Origin: an uncultured bacterium | Lineage (GTDB): Bacteria > CSSED10-310 > CAZUFC01 | Length of the DNA: 16,000 bases | Assembly: GCA_964619725.1 (NCBI GenBank) | Contig: CAZUFC010000168.1 | Span: 1 to 16,000, forward strand | Direction of reading: 5' to 3' | Shown here: piece after piece, positions 1 to 6,740 of the stretch | Position numbering within the stretch: position 1 is the first letter of the stretch | Layout: each line of letters begins with the position of its first letter | Made by a program: the position numbers and the translations under genes | Notes under the pieces: generated by a model | Told to the model about the DNA's origin: nothing | Databases searched by the model: none | The model's input: only the letters and a program-made list of their open reading frames with translations

Positions 1-70
1 GATCGATTCAAATGATAACCCTGCTTTGCTTTCAAACGACTGTACAGATCAGACCTATGTTTCCATTACG
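1..70 (+). repeat. Partial copy of the interior of the 234-bp MITE-like element (cut by window edge, ends just before the full copy)
   Basis: 1-70 (gatcgattcaaatgataaccctgctttgctttcaaacgactgtacagatcagacc...) aligns without gaps to 166-235 with only a few substitutions. Confidence 0.9.
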
Positions 71-76
71 GGAACT

Positions 77-310
77 GATCAAACAGGGGTTACAAATTGT
101 GATCTCGATACTCAACCAGAACTATCGCGCTCAGCGGAGCGGCGCTCGTGCCCGTAATCGTAATCGATCGATTCAAATAATAGCCCTGCTTTGCTTTCAA
201 ACGACTGTACAGATCAGACCAATGGTTCGATTACGATTACCGCTGCACTGAGCACGAGCGCGGAGGATTCAAACTGAGAAATTGTAACCCTGACATGGCC
301 ATTTTTGATC
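77..310 (+). mobile_element. 234-bp non-coding MITE/REP-like element, copy A
   Basis: Bounded by GATC at both ends, with inverted GGGTTACAA motifs near each end. Internal inverted repeats: gtaatcgtaatcga 154-167 / tcgattacgattac 227-240 and gcgctcgtgc 142-151 / gcacgagcgc 252-261. An inverted copy of the same length lies at 4594-4827 (20 mismatches by manual alignment, no gaps). Confidence 0.75.
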
Positions 311-501
311 TGCGCCCGAAATGCTTTGCGCTTTGATGATGTATCCTGTTTTCCGAACATCGGTTGCCGTTTTCTGTTTTATCTTTTTCCGTACCGTTAT
401 TCGCCTGGATTGAATCGATTAATTCACCCCGGACCGACCAATCGATCATGAACATCGGACCGAATTCGTGAAGCTTTTATTTTACAGGTTTACACCGGCA
501 A

Positions 502-595
502 AAAAAATTGCGTTCCCCCGCGTGCTCCGTGAGGAGGCGCTGCGTTGGAAGGCAGCGCATCTCCTCACTCCGCACGCGGGGGAACGCAATTTTTT
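502..595 (-). other. Long GC-rich hairpin downstream of the FGE/CLec gene (candidate DGR target hairpin and/or bidirectional terminator)
   Basis: 24-bp perfect stem (502-525/572-595), 3x3 internal loop, 8 bp (529-536/561-568), 2-nt bulge, 7 bp (537-543/552-558), 8-nt loop; A/T runs form the base of the stem. Lies ~32 nt past the stop codon at 628-630. Confidence 0.85.
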
Positions 596-627
596 AAAGG
601 GTAAAAGGGTAAAAGTATAAATGGTAA
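596..627 (-). repeat. Degenerate ~8-nt tandem repeat (TTTTACCC-like) between stop codon and hairpin
   Basis: Minus strand reads ttaccatttatacttttacccttttacccttt directly after the TAA. Confidence 0.7.
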
Positions 628-639
628 TTAGAGAAACCT

Positions 640-759
640 CGCAGGGCGGAAGCCGACATCGTCGTAGCCGTCATCGGGCGAGTAGCCGTACCGAGCGGCC
701 GAACGACAGTGCCTCGCAAAGTAGCTCCAGCCGCCGCCGCGGAAAACGCGGTACGAGCC
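640..759 (-). other. Candidate DGR variable region (VR) at the 3' end of the CLec domain
   Basis: GSYRVFRGGGWSYFARHCRSAARYGYSPDDGYDDVGFR fits the scaffold GS-N-RV-N-RGGSW-NNN-AR-N-CRSA-N-R-NNN-xPx-N-x-NNN-xGFR. All 14 N positions are NNY codons. A hairpin follows; no TR was found in the window. Confidence 0.55.
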
Positions 760-1636
760 GGATGTAGGTCCGATAGGATCCTCAACCGGTCCGCTCGGAT
801 AGCTACCCCAATAATCCCAGCACCATTCCAAGACATTACCGTGCATATCATTTAATTCCCATGCGTTGGCCTGTTTCTGAGCGACATCATGCGTCTGGCC
901 TCCAGAATTGTAATAATACCACGCCAAAGGATCAAGATTAGAATCGTTGTAGCAACTGGTGTTATCCTGACCGCTGTTGTAAGCCGTATCTGTTCCCGCC
1001 CGGCAGGAGTATTCCCATTCCGCTTCGGCAGGCAGCCTGTATCCGTTCGCCGACTGATCCCAGTATACCGTTCCTCCGGTTACAGGCGGCGGTTCCGTCG
1101 AAAACCGTCGTATAAGCTTCGTCCGCATAATAACAGGGCGTCAATCCCTCAGCGACGGAAATACGATTGCAGTAGATACAGGCATCATACCAGGTTATGG
1201 TTTCGACAGGTCTGTCGTCGCCAGTGAAGTTAGAAGGGTTAGTCCCGAAAACATCCACCCATTGGGTCTGGGTCACTTCCGTTTTCTGGATGATGAATCC
1301 TCTGGTCAGAGTTACCGTATGAAGAAGTTCATAACTATCGCGGCACATTTCGTCCGTCGGGGAGCCCATCTGAAACGTTCCCGGCGGACAATAAGCGAAA
1401 TTATCCGGCACATGAACGATCTTCAGGTAACTTCCGGTTCTGTAGACAGCCCCGAACGTCAGCCCAGCCGCCAAAGCTTCCGCATTATCCGCATACTCGA
1501 GAATATCGCTCAGTTGCAGTTGCGACGTGGGATTATCCGTTCCAATGCCCACGGAACCCGTTGTTTCGTTATAGTAGACTTCTGCGCCCGCAGGCGTTCC
1601 CTCGTCATTATAAATAAGCTGCATGTTCGATCCGCC

Positions 1637-2194
1637 GGCGGGGCCTTCAGGACCTGTGGGGCCTGCGACTCCGGTGTCGCCCTTAGGACCGGCGATGCCG
1701 GTATCGCCCTCAGGACCTTCCGGACCGAAGGGGCCTGTCGGACCTGTTTCGCCCATTGCGCCCGTATCGCCCTTAACACCGACCGCGCCTGTGGCTCCTA
1801 CCGGACCGGTCGAACCTTCAGGGCCTGCCGGACCGGTGGGACCGGTAACGCCGGTATCGCCCTGATGTCCCGTGACTCCTGTATATCCTGCCGGGCCGGT
1901 CGGACCTGCTGCGCCGGTGTCGCCTTTTGGACCGAACGGACCTGTTTCGCCTGCGGGGCCTGTCGGACCGGTATCTCCTTCAGCGCCTGTCGGACCGGTC
2001 GGGCCAGTGTCGCCGGTCGGACCCATCACGCCCGTTTCGCCTTTCGCTCCCTTCGGACCTGTTTCGCCCATCGGACCCGTCGAACCCGTTATGCCCGTAT
2101 CGCCCTTCGGACCCGTAACGCCCGTATCACCCTTCGGACCGGTCGGACCCGCCGAACCTTCGGCGCCGGTGGCTCCCGCAGGTCCTTCCAGTCC
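1637..2194 (-). repeat. Collagen-like (Gly-X-Y)62 coding repeat
   Basis: Uninterrupted GLE-GPA-GAT...GPE-GPA; rich in GPT/GDT/GET triplets. Confidence 0.95.
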
Positions 2195-2843
2195 CGTCGG
2201 GTCGCCCACCCATTGGCCCGTCTCATTAATTACCGTCTCAGCTTTGCCGTCGTAACCCACTATGCTCAGGCTGCGGGGACTGATGTCCTTATCGTATACA
2301 TCCTCAGCCTGCAGGGCATAACCAGCGCTTGTTATTCTCTGATCGGGCGCCAGAAGCTGGTACCCGTTCACGCCGTCGGAAAACCAGACCCGAAGATATA
2401 CCTCATCCGTTGCAAACGCCGATGACGGTATGGGCTCCATACTGTCAGCATCGCCCAGAATTACGTTATAAAGCCCTTCGGTCACAGTCGTTTCCACTGC
2501 CGTCTCAGGCGGATCGGGCTCTTTTCCGTCGTTGGTCCATAATATCTCACCCGATCCGTTCACTATCGCAAACATGAAATATCCCGGCTCCGGTCCTGTC
2601 TCACCGTAAGGCTCGCCGTCCACTTCCACCTTGCCCTGGTAATTGATCATCCCCGGCGCCGCTTCGATTGACGTTTGAAACACCATCAATGATAAAATGA
2701 AAAATGTCATAACAGATACACATAAAACCGCCGGTCTCCTCATCCTTCTCTCCCTTCGTCGTTTGCTCCTGCAGAGATAAAAATAAAACATCACGGAACA
2801 ATTGAAAAATTACTCGTTGCGAACCCTCATGGGTTACATTTCT

Positions 2844-2872
2844 TGTATAATGATGGTTTTTCTTAATGTCAA
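2844..2872 (-). promoter_or_regulatory. Putative sigma-70 promoter of the collagen-FGE gene
   Basis: Minus strand TTGACA-N17-TATACA, about 100 nt upstream of the ATG at 2743. Confidence 0.5.
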
Positions 2873-2973
2873 GCGTTGCGCTTTAATTTTTTATTGAAAA
2901 TATTGTGACTGGTTCATTTGTAATTTGAATCACAATATTGGGACTTATAGCGCTGTTTATAGTTGTTTTATTA

Positions 2974-3032
2974 GCGGATAAAGCGGACATGGCGGACTTT
3001 GCGGACTCAGCGGAGTTTGCGGACCAGCGGAC
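2974..3032 (+). repeat. Intergenic 9-nt period tandem repeat (GCGGAC-NNN x7)
   Basis: GCGGA begins at 2974, 2983, 2992, 3001, 3010, 3019 and 3027. Confidence 0.9.
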
Positions 3033-3205
3033 AAGGCCTTTAATCGGAATTCATTTCAATTGATGAATTGATATCGAGCGGTCATTCGCAGCCTGTCTCG
3101 AAGTATTTTGTGAATGTTGTCCATTTTTTTTAATAATAAACTGATGTAAGTTAACGATCCCTGAAGTTCATAAATCGTTAAATTTCACTCAGGAAGTCTT
3201 TTGAA

Positions 3206-4465
3206 TTAAAAAACCGAAAAATACTGCGCCAGTTTCAAATATATAACGTCGGGTTGTTCGAAAGTGATGCCCGCATATTCTACTCCGCCGTATTCGGTAT
3301 CATTGCCGCCCAAAAACAGGTTCACCCCCATCAGTAAACTCGTATTCTGCCTGACCGACCAGCTTAAACTCGGCCCCAAAAACAAGCTGCCGTCCAGCAG
3401 ATTGCAAACGACTCCTCCGGACAGTATCCACAACGGCGTTAATTCATATTCTCCCATGACCGATAAATAATGTCGGCCGATGTTGTATATTTCTCCTCTC
3501 GTCAGACGATCAGCCTCCTCAATTAAAAAAGCGACATATTCCCCGTCATCATTGACGCCCAGATCGTTAAAATAGTATTCGCCATATAAAAAAAGTCCGT
3601 TCTCCCACCTGTAATTGACCCCGGTCGTTATCCGTATGAAATCCGATTTTTCTTCAGGATCGGTGTAAGTCCCTTCAATCCAGTAACCCGCACCCTCAAT
3701 CTGTCCGGCAATGGAGACCCCGGCAGTTATGTCCGTGTAATTGACTCCGCCCATTACCGCCATGTCGGTCGCCCAGATATTGTTTTTCACCCGGAAAAGA
3801 AGACTCGACTCATCCTCGTCATACTCGTTCTCCTCATTTCTTCCCGGCCGCCACGCTCCGGCAGCCTCTCCCGCAAACCCGAACGGCGCCTCGAACAAAA
3901 CCATGTCCGTTCCCGGTTTCCACTCCGTATCGATGGCCGAAGGACGAAAGGGATTGATCAGGTCTGTGGGGTTCCAGGTGTAACCGCTGCCCCAGGACAG
4001 AGCTGTCCGGCCCGCCGTCAGATCGAAATATTCGTGGCGGTACCGCAAAGCCAGGCGGTCCATCAAGTGCTGTAATCGGTAATTGCCGCCCTCAGACAGG
4101 TCGTCTTCAAGGTCTAAAAAGTTATCGGCTGCAGGAGAGATAAATTCATCATAGGAAAATATTCCCTCACCCGGCGCCGCTTCCGCTTTCAACGTATCTC
4201 CCCACAGGTGACGTATTTCATAAGCATAATCCAGGACGAAATAATCGCCTGCTCGCATATCGCCGTATAACCTCAGCAAAACTTTATTATCGTACATTCT
4301 TTCCATTCCCGTTAGCGAATCATCACTGAACCGGGCCCCTGTCGCTATATCCTTGAACGAACCCGTCATCCCGAAATCGAATTTTGCCGCTTCAACCCCT
4401 GAACCGAAAATCAGAAATGTTAAAAGCGCATACCGCATTGTTTTCCTTTTTAATAAGGACTGCAT
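3206..4465 (-). CDS. Probable outer-membrane beta-barrel protein of the type that accompanies LolA-like/ABC permease operons
   Basis: 419 aa; GGAGG RBS; signal peptide (..GSGVEA). Motif DLTAGRTALSWGSGYTWNPTDLINPF..IDTEWKPGTD; alternating aromatic beta-strands; aromatic C-terminus (YLKLAQYFSVF). Confidence 0.7.
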   Translation of the reverse strand: MQSLLKRKTMRYALLTFLIFGSGVEAAKFDFGMTGSFKDIATGARFSDDSLTGMERMYDNKVLLRLYGDMRAGDYFVLDYAYEIRHLWGDTLKAEAAPGEGIFSYDEFISPAADNFLDLEDDLSEGGNYRLQHLMDRLALRYRHEYFDLTAGRTALSWGSGYTWNPTDLINPFRPSAIDTEWKPGTDMVLFEAPFGFAGEAAGAWRPGRNEENEYDEDESSLLFRVKNNIWATDMAVMGGVNYTDITAGVSIAGQIEGAGYWIEGTYTDPEEKSDFIRITTGVNYRWENGLFLYGEYYFNDLGVNDDGEYVAFLIEEADRLTRGEIYNIGRHYLSVMGEYELTPLWILSGGVVCNLLDGSLFLGPSLSWSVRQNTSLLMGVNLFLGGNDTEYGGVEYAGITFEQPDVIYLKLAQYFSVF

Positions 4466-4593
4466 GAATAATCCTCCTTCTCTGCCGCTATTTTACAGAC
4501 TTGCGAATAATTTTCCACTCGGCGAATCAAAACAGGCATAAACGTCTGCTGAACCGCTATCAGGTTTTTATTACTGATCAATTTTACGGCGCT

Positions 4594-4827
4594 GATCAAA
4601 AATGGCCATGTCAGGGTTACAATTTCTCAGTTTGAATCTTTCATGCTCGTGTTCAGTGCAGCGGTAATCGTAATCGAAACATTGGACTGAGCTGTACAGT
4701 CGTTTGATAGCAAAGCAGGGCAATCATTTGAATCGATCGATCAGGATTACGAGCACGAGCGCCGCTCGGTTGAGCACGAAAGTTCTTTTTGAGTATCGAG
4801 ATCACAATTTGTAACCCCTGTTTGATC
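4594..4827 (-). mobile_element. 234-bp MITE/REP-like element, copy B (inverted relative to copy A)
   Basis: Reverse complement matches 77-310 at about 91% with no gaps; the terminal ~39 and ~45 nt are identical. Confidence 0.75.
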
Positions 4828-4841
4828 AGTCCAGAAAATAT

Positions 4842-4987
4842 GATCAGAACAACACCTGTCTCCTCGCAATTATTTTGTTGCGACCCCGATACCGACCCCG
4901 ACCCCGAAAAAAACGTCCCTCGATGAAAAAAACCGGGGATTTCAATCATTCAAGCGTTTTATGAAAAAGTGCAACCTCCGTTTGATC
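4842..4987 (-). repeat. Related GATC-bounded element with a different interior
   Basis: Minus-strand end gatcaaacggaggttgcactttttcataaaacgcttgaa resembles the short end of copies A/B and especially 15797-15842. Interior has cgaccc-cgatac-cgaccc-cgaccc hexamer repeats. Left boundary uncertain. Confidence 0.55.
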
Positions 4988-5014
4988 TGTCCCGATTTTA
5001 CAGAAGGTCTTGCT

Positions 5015-6313
5015 TTAGTTTTTTCTTCTGACGATAAGACTCAGACTGAACAAACCGATTGTCAAAAGCAGCCCCAAATGTCCGGCAGAGGGAACGGGAG
5101 GCGGTTGCGGAGTCGATGAGGGCGAAGGGGTATGAGAGACTTGAGTGGGAGTGAAAGAGGGGGTAAAGGTCGGGGAGAATGTCGGCGATGCAGAAGGCGT
5201 CCAGGTCGGCGTGGATGTGGGCTGAATCGTGGCCGTATACGTGGGCGAGACCGTCGGCGTCGGCGTTTGAAACTGTACGGGGCGTATCAGGATGATCATT
5301 CCCGACGTATCCTCGCTCACGTAAACCCATCCTTCCGCATCCAGCGCCACGTCCTCGATATTATAGAATCCCACGGCAAAGTCTGACGCACTGCCGGAAT
5401 CGTTTATCTTAGATACGCGTCCATTGCCCGAACCCAGGTCCTCCTCCGCTACATACAACGGAAAGAATCCTCCGGGACTGAACCGCAATCCCTCGCATGC
5501 CGTCAATCCTGAACAGAAAAGCGTCCGGGCGCCGTCAACCGGGTCCACCGTGAAAACGCTGTCCTGCGTTCCCGTTCCTGAAGCCTCGTTGCAAACATAT
5601 ATCAAACCCGTGAAATCCAACGTTATCCCTGAATAACTCCATAAAAAATTGTTGCCTATCACGTCGGAAACGCTTCCGCCGAGCGATACCCGCGTCACGC
5701 TGGTATAAAAAAGAAACGGATTGCTCGTAAACTGCACGTTCGACTCCGTAATCAATACATCGGTTCCGCCTTCAAATACTACGCCCTCCGGAGCATCCCG
5801 CCCCTGAGAAATAACCGTCATCACCCCATCAGGATCAAACTGCAACAATCGACCGCTCTCTATATCCTCCACCACATAAAGATTCCCCGAATCATCGAAA
5901 GCTATTCCCTCCGGAGAAGAAATCCCTGACGCAAATGTCTCGACCGTCCCGTCTTCATATACCCGGGATACCCGACCCGCCGACTCCTCTGCCACATATA
6001 ACAAGCCGTCCGGAGAAAAAGCCAGTCCGTCAGGCGACGACAATCCCTCCGCATACACCACAGCCTCATAATTCAAAGGTACTCCTATCCGGGGTACCGG
6101 GTCGCCGGGACTCAACACCTCCTCCGGGAAGTAAATATCCCGCTTATCCCGCCGCTGTCCCCAGAAATCCTTCATAATCGCCGTCTCACCATAATCAGCC
6201 AGACAGGTCGCCGAGAACCGCCCCGAACAACACAAATACAATGAAATCAATAAAACAAGAAAATTCCTCTTCGCTGAAAAAATCGAAAACAATGAATGTA
6301 ATCCGATCATCAT
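5015..6313 (-). CDS. Surface/exported beta-propeller protein (NHL/SMP-30-like repeats) with Pro/Thr/Ser linker and IPTL/PEP-CTERM-like C-terminal sorting signal
   Basis: 432 aa; GGAGG RBS. Repeats such as GLSSPDGLAFSPDGLLYVAE and GISSPEGIAFDDSGNLYVVE; TPTPT-type stalk; ends VPSAGHLGLLLTIGLFSLSLIVRRKN (motif + TM helix + basic tail). Confidence 0.8.
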   Translation of the reverse strand: MMIGLHSLFSIFSAKRNFLVLLISLYLCCSGRFSATCLADYGETAIMKDFWGQRRDKRDIYFPEEVLSPGDPVPRIGVPLNYEAVVYAEGLSSPDGLAFSPDGLLYVAEESAGRVSRVYEDGTVETFASGISSPEGIAFDDSGNLYVVEDIESGRLLQFDPDGVMTVISQGRDAPEGVVFEGGTDVLITESNVQFTSNPFLFYTSVTRVSLGGSVSDVIGNNFLWSYSGITLDFTGLIYVCNEASGTGTQDSVFTVDPVDGARTLFCSGLTACEGLRFSPGGFFPLYVAEEDLGSGNGRVSKINDSGSASDFAVGFYNIEDVALDAEGWVYVSEDTSGMIILIRPVQFQTPTPTVSPTYTATIQPTSTPTWTPSASPTFSPTFTPSFTPTQVSHTPSPSSTPQPPPVPSAGHLGLLLTIGLFSLSLIVRRKN

Positions 6314-6427
6314 TCCTCCACTGCCCTAAAACATGAATCCCTCAATACGCATGAAAATTTCTTCACTCGTCTGACTTCGAGCTTTCCCTAAACATATAAA
6401 GAATTTTTTTATCGATTTCAAGGCATT

Positions 6428-6460
6428 GATCAAAAATGGGACTTTTGGGGTAACAATTTT
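6428..6460 (+). repeat. Diverged long end of the GATC-bounded element family
   Basis: gatcaaaaatgggacttttggggtaacaatttt vs gatcaaaaatggccatgtcagggttacaatttc at 4594; same 20-nt offset. Confidence 0.6.
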
Positions 6461-6586
6461 CCAGAGTATGCCGTCATTTTGTTTCGATCCCGATTACTGA
6501 AACAAACTGTCAAACGATTTGAGAAAAGCAAAAACAAAAAATTATCTGTTTTTAATCAAAGCCAAATAAAAACAAACCAAGGCAAC

Positions 6587-6636
6587 GTCCCTTCAGTCCC
6601 TTAGGTCCCTTTGTCCCTTTGTCCCTTTGTCCCTTT
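6587..6636 (+). repeat. Short tandem repeat GTCCCTT(T) x6
   Basis: Two 9-nt units followed by four exact GTCCCTTT units, in the divergent intergenic region. Confidence 0.9.
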
Positions 6637-6740
6637 AACCCCGTTTCTTCCCCCCAAAAGACAAAGATGATAAAATAAAGACCGTCGGGAATGCCCCGAC
6701 ATCAATCACGCCGGAATTTCAACGGACAAGGAGGATAATA

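Larger units (their letters stand above)
628..2743 (-). pseudogene. Secreted collagen-like fibre protein with C-terminal FGE-sulfatase (SUMF1/CLec-fold) domain; +1 frameshift near 1091 (~704 aa if repaired)
   Basis: ATG at 2743 with GGGAG RBS and signal peptide (MRRPAVLC...SIEA). 62 Gly-X-Y triplets. FGE motifs are split across two ORFs: [27 protein letters not shown] in ORF 962..2794, and [37 protein letters not shown] in ORF 628..1128. Span 2116 nt = 3n+1. Confidence 0.85.

Noticed and set aside
12-251. 79-aa ORF and its look-alike ORF 4653..4949(-)
   Set aside because: The similarity only reflects the shared DNA repeat; no clear RBS or recognisable domain, and the starts differ.
237-455. 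72-aa minus-strand ORF downstream of the hairpin
   Set aside because: Runs into the repeat element; no recognisable motif or RBS.
594-851. 85-aa minus-strand ORF overlapping the VR
   Set aside because: Alternate-frame shadow of the FGE/CLec coding region.
1262-2425. 387-aa plus-strand ORF and the Pro/Gly-rich ORFs 1623..1865 and 1872..2255
   Set aside because: Antisense shadows of the GC-rich collagen repeat.
2744-2794. Longer N-terminus of ORF 962..2794
   Set aside because: ATG 2743 has an RBS and gives a proper signal peptide.
2974-3032. CRISPR array interpretation of the short repeats (also 6587-6636, 11883-11978)
   Set aside because: Units of 8-9 nt are far too short, there are no unique spacers, and no cas genes are present.
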